Assembly: GCF_009914755.1 (NCBI RefSeq)
Contig: NC_060930.1
DNA: 64,000 bases
Strand: one strand, 5' to 3'
Origin: the human T2T-CHM13v2.0 reference genome, Homo sapiens
Made by a program: the position numbers and the translations under genes. The notes below the pieces were generated by a model. The model saw only the letters and a list, made by a program, of their open reading frames with translations. It was not told the origin of the DNA and did no database searches. Below are positions 22,296 through 37,194 of the stretch, one piece after another; within the stretch, counting starts at the first letter, position 1, and each line of letters begins with the position of its first letter.

Positions 22296-22800
22296 CTATG
22301 CTGGAAGTAGGAACATGAGACTCATTAGCATATAGATGATCATTGTAGCTGTAAAAGTAGAGAAAACATCTAGGGAAAGTTTGTTGAAAGGGAAAACATA
22401 AGAAGCTGGGACAGATCCCTGTGGAGCAGCAACACTTAGAGGATCTAGCAAAAATGAAAATGAGTAAATGCAGCTACAGAGGTAGAATAAAAATGAAGGA
22501 AATATAGTATCACAGCAAGTAAGTATTTCTAGGAGGGGGCTTGTCATAAAGATATCAAATGCTTCAGATAGGTTAAGGAAGAAAAAGACTAAAAGGTGTC
22601 TGATGGTGGTCACCCAAGACCTTGGCATGAGCAGTTTTTGAGGACCAAATAAGGTACAAGTCAATCTGGAGTGAACTGCAGAGTGAGTGGGAGTAATGAA
22701 TGCAAACAGGAGTATTGGGAGCCTGGCTCAAGAAGTTTATCTGAAAAAGGAAGGATTTCCTTCCAGGTGAAGCTGGAAATGACAGGATATAGAAGTGCAA
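22296..22800 (-). mobile_element. L2 (LINE-2) reverse-transcriptase remnant
   Basis: Minus-strand peptide LNLSEAFD...PQGSVP resembles L2 RT motifs (LDLSAAFD, PQGSVLGP). Confidence 0.7.
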
Positions 22801-23524
22801 GATTTTGTTTTAACAGAAGATTCAACAGCATGTTTCAGTGTGGTTAGAAAGAAGTGAGGGAGAAAAGGCTGAAGATTCAGAAGAGGGCCATAATGAGGGA
22901 GCAGAAAAAGATAGGATTGAAAACACAGGTTGAAAGATTACCATTAAACAGTAAGGAATAATTGTTCCATGTAGAAGAGTAAAGAATGGTTTTAAAATAA
23001 GTGAATTTGTAGATTTCATGGCATCAAGGAAAGGCTTGTATGATGGCTTCTTTTTTCTTGGTAGAAAGCAAGGTTTTTGAGAGTAAAAGCAGAAGTCATA
23101 ATACCAAGGATTTGAGGGGAATGGCACTCTTTAAGGACCTAGAATTAGGTTAGTGATCATGAATTTATAATAATACCAGTCTACCCAATTGTATATTTTT
23201 TCTCTAGGAACAAGAGGTGGACAGTTTGATTCACTGGAGTTAGCTCCATCAGAAAGCTAGTAGAGCAAGGGTGTTTAGAGTGGTGGTAACAAAACACTTG
23301 GAATGACAGATCATGGATGGACAAAAGTGAAGGCATTGGGGGCTGATAGACATTGTCTTCACTTGCATTCCCCTGAAACAAGGTCCGAGACAATGACTTT
23401 AGGTCAGGTAGTTGATTTGAGAGGGAGCTCAGGATACAGGAGTGACGGAATGGGGAAAATAAGTCAGGAAACAAGGGAAAGATAATTAAAGGGTGCATGT
23501 TTTGAGCTACGTATCATTGTGGGT

Positions 23525-23870
23525 AACTGCAGCTGAGTCCTACTGGAAATCCTCTGAGGAAGCCTGTAGAATGTGCCTGGAAATTATCCCTCTGTAGAAC
23601 AGAAAGCTGACACATTAATCCACTAATTCCTGTCACCCTTTGCTGGAGAATTATTTCTAGAAGCATTAACTACCCCCATTTTTCCAGGATACCTTGCCAG
23701 GGCTGAACAAACTCTCTGGCTTCAGAAAAATCCCAGAGGCAGAAAATGAAAAGTAATGGGGAGGATTGGGCTTGAGGTGAAATATTGACAGCATCCAAAA
23801 CTCCACAGGAATTTTCTACCACCAGCTTCAGCTAAAAGCTGAAGTAGTCCTAGGGGCATATGGTAGAAGA
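23525..23870. mobile_element. MLT1-type (MaLR) LTR fragment
   Basis: Resemblance by eye (CAGCTGAGTCCTACTGG...CCCAGAGGCAGA). Confidence 0.45.
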
Positions 23871-23974
23871 TGAAATTGAACCAGTTTACAAAAGTCCCTA
23901 TGCAGTCAAAGTAATTGAGGAAATAACTTAGGATAATAGATGGAGTTCTTTGATTGTATGGAAGTTATTGATAT

Positions 23975-24130
23975 CCTCTGAGCTATTGATTTATCATCTG
24001 TAAATGGGGATGAGATTACCCACTTTGTGTGGTTACTGCTAGAATTAAAAGTCCTTATTATGTAAGGTGCTTAGCACAGGGCCTGGCATGTAGTAAGGTA
24101 TAGAGAACAAAAGCTACTATATTATTGCTA
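23975..24130 (+). mobile_element. MIR
   Basis: CATCTGTAAATGGGGATG...GTGCTTAGCACAGGGCCTGGCATGTAGTAAG core. Confidence 0.75.
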
Positions 24131-25384
24131 TTATCTATTGAAAGATTAGTAATATTAATAACTACCTGCATTATGGATAATAGACTAATTCAAATTTTAT
24201 GTATAATATTTTTGAATATTATATTCAAGTTCACTACTTAACTTGAACCAGTAAGTTCACTACTTAAGAATATAATATTTCATATGACAAGACATTGCAG
24301 TTTTGTTTGGAAGAACATTAAATTCTGGTACTTTTTGAAATTAGTTTTATCATAGAATGGCTATTGGGAAAATCATAAATGTAATCTAATTCCCATGCAT
24401 TCTTTTTCCTTTGGTTAGGATTTCGTTGAAGTTTTTATTAGACTAGAATGATTTATTTTATTTGTAAAGAAATCACCACAGATGTATTGTTGGTTTTGTT
24501 TTCAAATCTTTTCTGCTTTTCAACTTATTCAAACACAAGAAACAATCTAAATGCATTCTACTCTCTACAACCTCTGATGTCAAATAAGTTTTCTTTAATT
24601 CTAGCTTAAATCTTTAATGCTGCAGTTTTGTTTTTGCTTATTTTCTTCTCAGTGGAGAAAAAAGGAACAGCTGGTTACTATTGTCAATTTTCTATTGTTT
24701 GGAATTTATTAAATATGCAACACTTGTGAATACATAGATATCAATACATATTTCCTTCCAGATATAGAACTCCTATTGCTTTTCTTTCAAGAGTGATAGA
24801 ATTTTATATGGGAAAGCTTTAGAGTTCTTCTAGTCCCAGTATATAGTCTGATTATTTAATACTAGTTAAAATATTATTAATTGCCATCTAGAATTTCTTG
24901 TGGTAAATTGCCTGATGTGTTCTTTGCTCAACTACCAATTGGACTATTATTATATTTCTTATGAATATATTGCAACGCAACACAAAATATCTTTGCATAT
25001 TGATGTTAACTATTAAACCACTACATGATATTTTCCCCCAATTTGTTATTTGTCTTTTAATTCAGTTGATAGTATTTTTGCCTTACAGGTTCATAATATT
25101 TTGTCAGATATATATATTTTTCTCTTATGAATTTCTTTTTTTGGTTTCATGCTTAGAGATGCCTTACTCACCATGAGCTTTTATCTAAGTTCACCTATAT
25201 TTTCTTCTGGTCCTTTAATATTTTTATTTTTAAGTTGGTTTTCTAATCCATCCAGAATTAACTTAAATGCAGGATTGCACATTTGTTCCTAATAAATTTC
25301 AAGTTGTTTATTACAGCATATTGCTTTGATATGTTGTAGGATTTTATATCATAAATCTGTTACATATATATTCATGCTATATAT

Positions 25385-25590
25385 CAGTGGTTCTCAATCA
25401 GAGGTGATTTTGCCCTCTAGGAACATTTGGCAATGTCTGCAGACATTTTTTATTTTCCAGGACTAGGGGAGAGGCTGGCTACTGGCTTTTAGTGAGCAGA
25501 GAGCAAGGATGATACTAACCATCCTACAATGTACAGGACTGCCCCCACAACAAAGAATTGTCAATTGTACTGAGATTAAGGGACCTTAAG
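25385..25590 (+). mobile_element. MER20 (hAT-Charlie DNA transposon)
   Basis: CAGTGGTTCTCAA start; CATCCTACAATGTACAGGACTGCCCCCACAACAAAGAAT. Confidence 0.8.
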
Positions 25591-26429
25591 AGATGATAGA
25601 TGGATGGATGCATAGTTGATAGATCAATAGATAAATGTATAGAAGATAGATATTCATTGAATACCATTTTTCTGCCAGTTACATACCAATAGTAATATTT
25701 TCCAGCCTATATTTTTATTCTTTACCTATATTCTATTCTTTACCCTGAAGGGCATTTTAAGAGACATTGACTCCTACTTTATGGAAATCCAGATACATTG
25801 AATTGTTGGATATCCCTGGTTTGAGCACATAATAAATATTGAATGAGCGTTTTATAAAAATGACAACAATAAATCAAATAAATTTTAATGAACCTTATTT
25901 CACTACAGTAACTTATTTTTATATGTTAAAAAGTATGCTTTTTAAAATCCATTGCGGAGTTTTGCTAGGAATCAATTTTAAGCAGTATGTTTCTTCTTTA
26001 GTCTTCTGCCACATCTGTTATTCTCTTGCTATGCAGCATAAATTTCATCAGAATATTAACTCTGTTCTCTATATTATTTTTATTTAGTTTTATTACCACT
26101 GTCAAGCTTGCAGATTTCCTTGTACACACACATCTCTTTAATATGTAGAGTTGCTTATTCTTACCATCTATGAGAATCATTACTTTTGCATAAAGACTAT
26201 ATCCATTTTTAGTTACATTCTGGGAGTTAATATTGGTATCCATGGAATTATATGTGTCTTCTGTGTCAAAAATTTCTATTCACTCTAATAACTTATCCTG
26301 AACATATTTTGTATTGGTATTAACACTTTATTGTTTCTGATCCCCTTATTAGAAAGATATTTTCTTCTGTGTATTTGTGAGCCTTTTAATTCTTATTTTG
26401 CTTCCTGTCATATTTGACATCCTCTACAA

Positions 26430-26630
26430 CAGCAATGTCCAATGGATGGAATTTATCGTGATGATGGAAATGTTCTGATCTGCACAGTCTAATATAGTAG
26501 GCATGGTTGAGCACTTGAAATGTAGCTAGGGCAACTGAACTGAGGAACTGAATTTTACATTTAATTTAATTTAGTTTTAATTTTAGTAGCCACATGTGGC
26601 TAGTGGCTGCTGTATCGGACAGCACAATTC
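26430..26630. mobile_element. MER3 (hAT-Charlie)
   Basis: GATGATGGAAATGTTCT...TAGCCACATGTGGCTAGTGGCT...GGACAGCACA. Confidence 0.75.
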
Positions 26631-27852
26631 TATAGAGTAATTCCTTACCCTTCCATTTTTAGCTTAAAATCCTCAGCTTTATTTTAACTTAAACCTATTT
26701 TTACTGGTTGTGTTTGTATGCAGTTTTGTTTGTTTTGTATATTGTATGCGTTTCTTATGTCCCAGTGATTACGTTATTTTTTACTTCATTTCCTATGCTT
26801 TCCATACAGTAATAATACATATCCTTAGGCAATTGAGAGTGTGCAAAGGTATTTCTGTAATGTATTATCTATTAATATCAGGTGCTTGCTTTTCTTTACT
26901 TTTTTGCAAATAAAATGATAATGTTCATTGTAGGAAAAATGAAGGAAGAAAAACAGAAAATATAAAGAAGAGAATAAGGCAAAGATTATTACTACTACTA
27001 ACTTCACAGACACACACAGACATACGCAGAGGGATACACTTGGTTGAGTACTTTCTATACATATTCTTTTATTTTTAAACACCTTACTGATTGTACAGCT
27101 AATACGTATTTATCACTAGAAAAAAAATTTAAAAACAGGAGTAAAGTGAAGGAAAAAAATCATCTGTAATCACAATGCATAGATTAACCACTTTTATTAC
27201 TTTGATTTGTTTTCTCACAGTGTTGTTTCTAAGACCTGTGGGTAGATGGTGTGCAGGTAGGTAGGTAGACAGCTGGATATGTAGAAAGGCATTTTCAAAA
27301 ATTGTATTATACTATATGCAGGGTGGGACAATAGAAGTATACACTTTTCAGGTGGCAAGAAAACAAAATTATATGTCACTATGAGTATGTATCATCCACA
27401 GTGGTATTAGTGACCATTCTGAACATTTGTAACTTTAATAGAAATATATATTGGTTAACATTTATCCACTGGGTTTGTCTATTTATTAACTGTATCTTGC
27501 TTTTTATATCATGAACATTTTTCTCTAGTATAAAATAAAATTCACAAATGTGATTTTAATGGCTACGTCATAATCCATTCGTTGTCTCTATATCATTAAC
27601 TAGTTTCCTATTATTGGACAGTTAGGATGCTTCTCTTTTTTTACTACTATAAATAGCATTACACTCTACATTTAGTGCCTAAAATTTTTCATCTCTGATT
27701 TTTTCATTTCTGATTATTTTATCTCTGATTATTTCATTAGTATACATTTTTAGAAGTGAAATCACTGGCCCAAATGAAATGAATGGATATGAGATCCTTG
27801 GTATATATTGTCAATCCAAATCACCTTCCAGAAAGTTCTTTGTTGCTTATAG

Positions 27853-28263
<411 letters not shown>

Positions 28264-28396
28264 TAATAAACGTGCCTTTCAAGGGTTTAGCAAAGTAATC
28301 ATATTGTTATAAATACCCAACCAACATAACTTTATTTTTTGCTAGCAAAGGTTTTCAGATATAAGATTTTTCATTGTATAAATTGTTTCTTTTTAG

Positions 28397-28450
28397 GGTG
28401 AACAAGGAGAAAAAGGAGATCCAGCTCTGGCTGGCCTTAATGGAGAAAAT
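28397..28450 (+). CDS. COL19A1: Collagen XIX alpha-1 coding exon, 54 bp (GEQGEKGDPALAGLNGEN)
   Basis: Pyrimidine tract and AG at 28395-96, GTAAG donor at 28451. Canonical 54-bp phase-0 collagen exon; the peptide joins the next two exons into a sequence I recognise as COL19A1. Confidence 0.93.
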
Positions 28451-29350
28451 GTAAGCCTAACTCTTTTTTCTGATACTCTGTTTACATTTTACCACTAAGA
28501 TATGCTATTTAATGCTATTAAGATTTGCCTATTTTTGGCAGAGCCAGCCAGCCATGATCCAACAAAATTAAGAATCATGGTGTTCTTTCACATGGCTCAG
28601 TAGAGGCCCAGTGTTTTTAGTTTCATTTCATTGGCTTTATGTATTTTCTACCTGTGCTTAGCCTTAACAGGCCTTTCTCCTTGACGTTTCTTGCTTGCAA
28701 ATTTTCTAGTCTTTTTTTTCTGTCTTTTTTCATCTTACATATCTTCTGCCATGGCTTGTGCTCTTATCAGTGGTTCACTTTTCATCTCAGTCCAAATCTC
28801 CATCTAGTCTATAGATGGCGTCTGTATTGGTAGGCTTTCAGTGATGGGAAGAAAGGGCGAAGTGAAGGGAAACTAACTCCGTATTGCTCCCCTCCATGGC
28901 ACCAGTTCCACAGCCTCAGGGATAACATTGCCTGTGATATCCTAGGACCCCAGTCATCTTCTCCCCTTCCCCTCAGGATGGTTATCCTCCCAGAATTGCA
29001 CTCCAGATTTTAGGATAAAATTTGAAGGATGGCCCAAATGTGGGTTTCACTCTGAAATGTAATTTTATTTACATTTACTCACCATTTACTATAGATTTGT
29101 TATCTTTACTGGTAGGGGAAGTGTCCAAAATGAGAATTAGTTTTTCCCTCGGCTTCCTTTTCTCACTTACATAAATATGTTTTGGAAAGGACCTGAAGGG
29201 CCACATGACTTATAAAAGAATAAGGAAAAACTGTGAGACTATATCTAGCTCCCTAATGCCCTAGATGTGTTCAGAAACCCATTTTGTATGCAGGAGATCA
29301 TTACAGCGGAAGAGAGGCTGAAGACCAATCTTTCCGGCCTGTGGAGAAAG

Positions 29351-29352
<2 letters not shown>

Positions 29353-29387
<35 letters not shown>

Positions 29388-29404
29388 TGTGGGTGTGTGT
29401 GTGT
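29353..29404. repeat. (TG)n microsatellite
   Basis: Directly visible; another shorter (TG)n at ~32322-32355. Confidence 0.95.
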
Positions 29405-29677
29405 GGAGTCTCCCAAAAAAGAAAGACCCTAGTAGTAATAGTAATGTTTCTATGTATGTTAACTAAAATAATAGTTGTTTCACCATCATTCTTATTTCTC
29501 TCCCTTTGAAGTGATTTTTCTACACCAGAGAATAGGCACTAGCCCCAGTGGCTTGTAGCTATGGGAGTCTCTGCATCTTCTTTACCACCTGTAATACATC
29601 AGGACACTGAATGTCACACATGTTTAAATAGAGTAACTGACTCACCTCTTACTCCTGTCATTGGAGGCACGTGGTGA

Positions 29678-30092
<415 letters not shown>

Positions 30093-32136
30093 AGACTTGG
30101 GATAGATTCTAAAGCCCCTATCGCTATTATGTGCTATGATTTTATGCAAAGAGTTATTAAGATTATAAACTTGAAAAGTCTGACGAGGCCTGAAGCATTC
30201 ATTCAGGTTCATTGAGTGCCTGCTACATGTAAGGCACAGTGAGAAAAACAAAACAGGAAGAGATGAAGCCAGAGCATAGGAAGTCCTGGATGTGAGGATG
30301 CTTGTCCTTCCTCCTCAGGACAAAGGGGAGATGTGGCCCACACTTTGTTTAAATGAAAATTCCTTTTACAGTGGATTCTGAAATGGATAGAATTTGGGCC
30401 TTTGCCTGTGTTTTCTGTTCTTTCTATTACACTCTCCGTGAAAGCAAAGACCATGTGTTGGAATCCTAGTACTTAGCACATGTTTGGGGTAAGTTCCAAA
30501 TAACTATTTGCTGAATGTTAGTTTGAAAAACTGAGCGGTTATTAATATTATGACAGAGTAAAATATAAGTAATTAGAGTCTAAGCTAGAATAACAGATGT
30601 GGAAGGGAAGATACAGAGAATGATGCTAAAGAGGTAAAATACATATGATTTGGCACTTGATTGGAGTTGAAAACTCAAAAATAGCCCAACATGTTGACCG
30701 TTCTGTGTGAGAAGGATACTAACTTGTGAGAAATGTAGGAGTGTTCAAACAGATTAATTACAGTGTTCCAAAAAATAACCAAACTACAAGTATGTGGGCT
30801 CTCTGAGATAGAGGAGCAAAACAGAGTGTATTACAAGTGCATAAAAGTAATATTGGAATTGAAATAGAAAGAGGAGTTTTTGAAATATTTGAATAAAACT
30901 AGAAAGATATTTGAGAGGTTGGAACCTGAAATATATTCACATTAATTTCAAGATTTGAAAATTTTTCTTACATTGTCTGAAAGTAAGGTTTTTGGGCTTT
31001 TTAATTAATCAACTGATACATGCATATATTTGAGGGCCTACTATATTCCCAAACTCTCTGTCAGCCACTGTGTGAGTTCCAAATCTGAGTAACACTAACT
31101 TACTGAGAGATCCCAAAGGCCTAGTGAGCAGTGTGAATGTCTATCCCTTTGAGGAATCTTGAAAGAGTCCTTCACATGCCCCAATAACAGGAGGTCATTC
31201 CTTTAGCACCGTTATTGTCTGATGTAGCTCATTAAGTACAACCATAAAGCATGACAAAGCACATTAACTTTTCTCACTTGGTTACTTAGTTAATAAGTAG
31301 ATGATGTTATTTTTTCCCCTTAATTTTGCCAAAGATATTCAGGAGTTATGACTAAGGAGAAATAACAAAAAGTAGTAAGAGTTCTCCTCTTTCCCCTCTA
31401 TCACTAGTAGTAAAGAATCAGCTGCTTGGTTATTACACTGTTGGAGATGGGGGGAGTGTTAATATTGTGTTATAGTTCATAAACTATTTTCACAAGGAAT
31501 TTGAAATTTGACCCTCACCCAGCTTAATTGGCTAGTAGAGTGGGGAATGATAGTATTCGTATTTTCAGAAGCAAGAAATTAAAGGCTTCAGAAATTAAGC
31601 AACTTTCTTTTTTAAAATACTAAAATTGGCCTTTAACTCTAAATATTTGGCTGAAAAGTCTGATCTTCCCAGTAAATCCTGCCACACATCATTGCTTATT
31701 TTTCAGTGCTAAAAAAACTGAGTCTGCAAACTAAAGTAATTCAGCGTTTATGACAGTTCACTCTGACTTTCAATAAGCCCAGGTATACATTCTTAGGAAT
31801 TGAAAGGTATTATAATGGCTATTTTGATTTGAATTAAAGTCAAGCCAATGATGGAAATCATAACTTCAGAAATATTGTCTTAGAATGTATGGTAAATAAA
31901 CTCAGTGAGCCAGGTGACTCCAGCTACTTTCTAAGTCAGAGTATATTGGAATGCTTTAATATTTCTACTAAATGAATTCCACAGCCTTTTTAATAGTCTT
32001 TATTGCTGTGTATTATATATGTATCTTAGTGTCAATGTATCTTATAATAACTTATTTTGTGCCAGCTTTCTCACAAAATGGGCCAGCTCACTTTGGAAAG
32101 TGTAAACTTTAATTTAAAGGGTAGTATGTAGCAATT

Positions 32137-32310
32137 CAGTCTTTCTCAATGTGGCACTCTTGGCATTTTGGCAAGACAGTTCTTTTTCAAGTCAGACTGT
32201 CTTGCAAGAGCAGAATGTTTAGCATCCTTGAAGCTCACCAACCTAATCTAAATGCCAGTAGCAGCCCCTAGTCATTGGGACAAGAAAAAATGTGCTGATA
32301 TTTTTCTAAG
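32137..32310 (-). mobile_element. MER20-like DNA transposon
   Basis: CAGTCTTTCTCAA...GGCACTCTTGGCATTTTGG...ATGCCAGTAGCAGCCCC matches reverse MER20. Confidence 0.65.
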
Positions 32311-32614
32311 TGTATCTTAACTGTGTGTGTGTGTGTGTGTGTTTGTATGTGTGTGCATGCCTAAACTTTTGTTTGATGTCTGTGGTATTACTAAACAAAT
32401 GCATGCTCATATGTCCATTCTAGTTTAAATAATGCATACAAAACATATATTAAAATTTTCAAAAATTTGAATTGCTAGAAAATTTAACCTTGAAAATATA
32501 TGACCTTGTCTTTACACACAATCTAGTGTATAATTAAATAATTTTGATTGTGGCCTAATACAAGATATATTTAACAAAGGTATCTTAGAATAGACTTGAG
32601 AGAGAATAATATAA

Positions 32615-33635
32615 AGTTGTAATTGTGATCTTTAAAGCCAGACTATCTGGGTTCACATCCCAGCTCTGCCACTAACTAGCTGATGTACTACTTGGTAAAT
32701 TACTTAGCCTCTCTGTGCCTCAGTTTCTTTATTTGCACCATGGAATGATAATTTCAATATCCTCTCTGTGCCTCAGTTTCCTTATTTGCACCACGGAATG
32801 ATAATTTCAATAGTACTTACTGTAGGGGAAAAGATAATTTTCCCTTCCCCTCTGAGGGGTTCAGTCAGCTGAAATGAACTGACAATGGACAGATTAACAG
32901 GAGAAAAGGCATACAAATATATTAACGTGCATACAGTGGGAGCCATAAAAAATACGAGACTCAAAGAAAGGCCAGATGGTTGAAGCTTAAATAGAACCCT
33001 CTTTATAGGAAAGAAGGAGATGGGGAAATGTAGGCAATTTTGAGAGGTAGTAAACTCTTTTTTGAATTGAATGGGACCAAGAGCTAACAATAGCTTGTGG
33101 ACAAGTTACAGAAAGGTGAAGGCTGGACCTCCACTGTGAACAAAAGTTGTCTTGTTTTGCAGATAAAGACTCCCAGATAATCTCTCAGAGCTGCCCTCAG
33201 AAGAATAGACCAAGAGTCTGTCTGGGCATCGTGACAACTTTTAGTTTATTCTCTTCTCCAGAGATTAATTTTCCTGGTTATTCTGTTAGATTCCTAGGAA
33301 GGGGGTTTTAAGACAATTGCTTTTTTTGGAAGAAGATTTCTCAGTCTGATAAAGAAACTTCCAGAGAGAGCTCCTCCCTGTACTTGAGGAGGGGTTGGAG
33401 GAAAAACAAGAGAAGGTTAGAAAGTTCTTGGATCTGAGGCAGCTTCTAAGGCTTTTCAATTCCTTTTAATTCAAAAGTACTCAGCATGCCAAAGCACCAC
33501 ACTTTGGGGTTATCACTCTCTGTACCCCAAAATTACCTCATGGATTTTTTTGTGAAGATTAAAGGGACTATCATACAGAAAGCCTTTAGAACAGTGTCCA
33601 ACATAGGGCAAGAACTATATAAACATTCACTATTA
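32615..33635 (+). mobile_element. MIR split by a solo LTR (MIR parts 32615-32820 and 33532-33635)
   Basis: The MIR core stops at ...GTACTTAC and resumes TTACCTCATGG...GTGAAGATTAAA. Confidence 0.75.
32821..33531 (-). mobile_element. Solo ERV1 LTR, MER39-like (~710 bp)
   Basis: Minus strand reads ...GGGGTACAGAGAGTGATAACCCCAAAGTGTGGTGCTTTGGCATGCTGAG... and ends CA; 4-bp TTAC TSD. Confidence 0.7.
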
Positions 33636-35399
33636 TTAGAAACCAAGTTAAATAAAACACATTTAGCTCTAATAGGTACATGTTTTTATTTATTTGTTTC
33701 TGTGGGGTTATACAATCTTAGAAAAGTAGACTTAATTGTTGAGTTGTCTCTTTTTCTGAATCTATATTATGGTCTTTTAAGTATCCCTTATTAGAATTAC
33801 AGCATCTGATGTTTCTAAAATAATCATGTTAATCTCCTTATACCAATGCAATCTGTACTAGAGGATACAAAAATATTGAAATCACAAAACCAGAGATAAC
33901 AGCTGGCAACAGCTGTTGACATTGCTAGGGAATAACATTAAGTCATTGAAAGCTTGTGAAAAGAATTAATTGATGGGTTAAAAATTTTTAACAAATAATA
34001 TTTTTATATTATCTTCTGAATTTTAAAGATATGATATCCCATGAGTAGTACTAGGTACTCCAACAAAAATTGATTTTATAGTCTACCCGCTTTTATAATT
34101 CTAGTTATAATACTGCTCTTCAGCTTTTGTCTTGCCTTTAGATAACGGTTTCTGCCTCCACATTACATGTAGAATCAACTACTGTGCTTTTGGGAATCTT
34201 TATGTACATGAATTTGATTGAAAACCTTCATAACAGATACCGATCTTACTCAATATTTAATTCAGAGTCTATTCCATTTGGCTCTTTATGCCTATGGTGA
34301 GTGCTGTGTCCTTTCTCCCTAGCACTCAATAACCATTGATAGGAGCACCAGTGTGACACAAGGAGAAAAACCGCATTTGAGAAAAGCATTACTGATGTGT
34401 TTCTCAGAGGCTATTACAATGCCATGGCCTTAACAACATTGTACTTTGTCACAGGAAGACGTGAGTTACATGGGCCTACTTTAATGGTCATAAAAGTAGA
34501 AGCTTGACAAATGCAGTACTTCTCAATTGCATTTTATCCTATGTGAGTTAAAGCACAGTTGTTACATATCCATCAAACTGGTATAAAGCTGAACAAGAAA
34601 GAACTATCAGTTATCCCTTAAACTTGAACTTGAAAAGTAAAAACAACATTTATTAAGTGCCTACCGTATGCTAAATGTCTCTACAACATATGATTCTCAG
34701 AACAACCCTTCAAGAAAACTATTACTTATTATACCTATTTTATAGGAAAGCTTACCCAACTTACCCATGATTATACATAAAAGGCCATTCGTCTTCTGAC
34801 TCTGCTGAAATCCACATCTGTGAAGTCTTGGACACCCCAGTAGAATTAGGCATCTGTGGGAAATGCTTTTGTCATACCTGCTATATACTTCAATGATAAT
34901 ACTCAATATTCACATCAGCTTGTAATTGGCTACATCATCCCTTCCCCTCCTCCCTGCCCATAGTTGACTGAACCAGGGAGAGTTACCTGATTCAACTGCC
35001 AATACATTGCTTCCCTAGAAATTACAACTGGGATTAATTTGTTGGAATTAATCTTTAAAACTTTTAATGTATTATTTTATACCTACAAAATAATATATAT
35101 AACATATATGATGGTTATAAATCATAGTTATAATGAGGACCCCAGTGTACCCAGAACTCAATGTGAGAACTAAGACGTCATCCTCCACTTGGAATCTCCC
35201 TGTGTGGTTCACTATATACTGTCCTCCACTCCAGAGTTAACCATTTTTCTAAATGCTGTACCTAATGTTTCCTTCCATGCTTAAAAATTATGTTTCACAC
35301 TTACACATTTATAAGGAGTATATAATTTAGTCTTACATGTTTGCAGACGTTCAATAATATTTGTTGAGTAAATGGATACTCAAGGTTTTTATCAGTCAT

Positions 35400-36680
35400 T
35401 TCTTTTTTTGTGTTTGTCTTTTCTCTGCATAGTTTTACACAAGCAAAAAGAGAAAACCTTTTTTTAATAAATTTCTCTGCTCAGTGAATGGGATAACTTC
35501 CTAGCCAGTTACTTAAGTCAAATGCAACTCAGCCTGGAGACTTTCCTTCTTCTTCTCCACTTCTGGCATATCTGCCAGTCTTGCTTCCAGCATGTGCCAA
35601 CTCTGACCACTTCTCATCATCTCCACTGGCACAAGCCTGTCCCAGCCATCCTGCTCTCTTTCCTGGAAAAGCTGTCATAGCCCCTTTTATGCTCCCACTC
35701 TTGCTGCCCATAATTTGTGTTCCACGTTGCTGCCAAAGTGGTTTGTGGGGATTTTTGTAAACATATTCACATCATGTCATTTTCCTGCTTAAAACACTTA
35801 AGTGGCTTCCCATTGCATGTAGAACAAAACCCATCTTCCTCATCATGGCCTGCAATTACTTATGTACCATGACCCCTGGCAAACCTTGACTTAACCCCCT
35901 ACTCCTTACCTGTGTGCTCATGACACTCCTTTTATCTTAGTGACCTCTGTGCTTCTTTTTCCCTCTGCCCCCACACAGATCATTGCGTGGCTGGATCCTT
36001 TTTTTTTTTATTTGAGCAAATTCATGAGGTACATGAGAATTTTTTTACACATGTATAATACATAGTGATCAAATCAGGGTGTTTAGGTTGTCCATTTTCC
36101 AAGTGCAATACATTTTTTAAAAGTATGCTTATCCTACTCTGCTATCAAACATTGAATTTATTCCTTCTACCTTACTGTATGCTTGTATCTTTTTATCCAC
36201 TTCTTTTCATCCTCCCTTGCCCCCTCACTCACCCTTTCCAGTCTTTGTTATCTATTTTTACACTTTCTACCTCCATGTGTTCAAATTTTTTTTGCTCCCA
36301 CATGTAAGAAAGAACATGGAATATTTGTCTTTTTGTGCCTGGCTTACTTCACTTAATATACTGACTTTCAGTTCCATCCATGTTGCTGCAAATGACAGGA
36401 TTTTGTTTTCTTATGGCTTAATAGTACTCCGTTGTGTATATATAACACCTTTTCTTTATCCATTCATCTGTTGATGGACACAGAATGATTCCATATCTTT
36501 GCTAGGATCCTTCTGAAACAACAAATGTCACCACCACACAAGGACCATTTCTGACACCCCCCTTGAAGTAGCAACTCTCTCCTCTTTCACTTTTATCACA
36601 TTCAGCCTGTTGACCTGTTTATTGTCAGCCACTCACCTCTTATTACATGAGTTCCTTGAGGACGGGAACCTTCACCTAGT
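35400..36680 (+). mobile_element. L2 3' region interrupted by an L1MA 3' fragment
   Basis: CATGTCATTTTCCTGCTTAAAAC...TGGCTTCCCATTGC and TTCCTTGAGGACGGGAACC are L2 motifs. Confidence 0.65.
36001..36503 (-). mobile_element. 5'-truncated L1MA 3' end
   Basis: Poly(T), then L1MA-type 3'UTR (TTCCATCCATGTTGCTGCAAATGACAGG); flanking GGATCCTT repeats. Confidence 0.8.
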
Positions 36681-37165
36681 TAAAGAAAAAAATCGTTGAC
36701 ACTTGTTTTTAAAAAGCGATAAGGAAGACATTTTATTCCAGACTATTGCAATAGGGGAATTGCAATAAGGGAGACAGATCAGGTTCAACTCTAACTACAA
36801 CAAGGACAGGTGGGGATTTATAGCCAATGAGTAGAGGGAGGGATGTCACTGGATAGAAAATTACTAAGAGGAGACATCAAGGGTAGGGTGATTCTTACCA
36901 AACTGATCTAAGAAGATTCTTGCTGAAGACAGGCCAAAGACTTAGACATCAAGTTAGAGGATGAAGAACTTGATCTTCTCAAAAGTAAGGAATGGAGAAG
37001 AGATTTTAAGGGTGAGAGATTCTCTCTAAACATACTTAGCAAGATTCTTGCTATACCTGAGCTGGGAAGACCAAAGACAGGATGGGGGCCATGGTCCAGG
37101 TCTAGCTGAGAAGAGGGCTCAGAGAACCATGACTAAAAGTTTGGTGATGGAGAGAATCTTCATTA
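36679..37165 (-). mobile_element. Solo ERV1 LTR, MER31-like
   Basis: Minus strand reads ACCAAACTTTTAGTCATGGTTCTCTGAGCCCTCTTCTC, characteristic of MER31. Confidence 0.65.
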
Positions 37166-37194
37166 ATTTCTTGTTCTTTTCTGTATCTCTAAAG

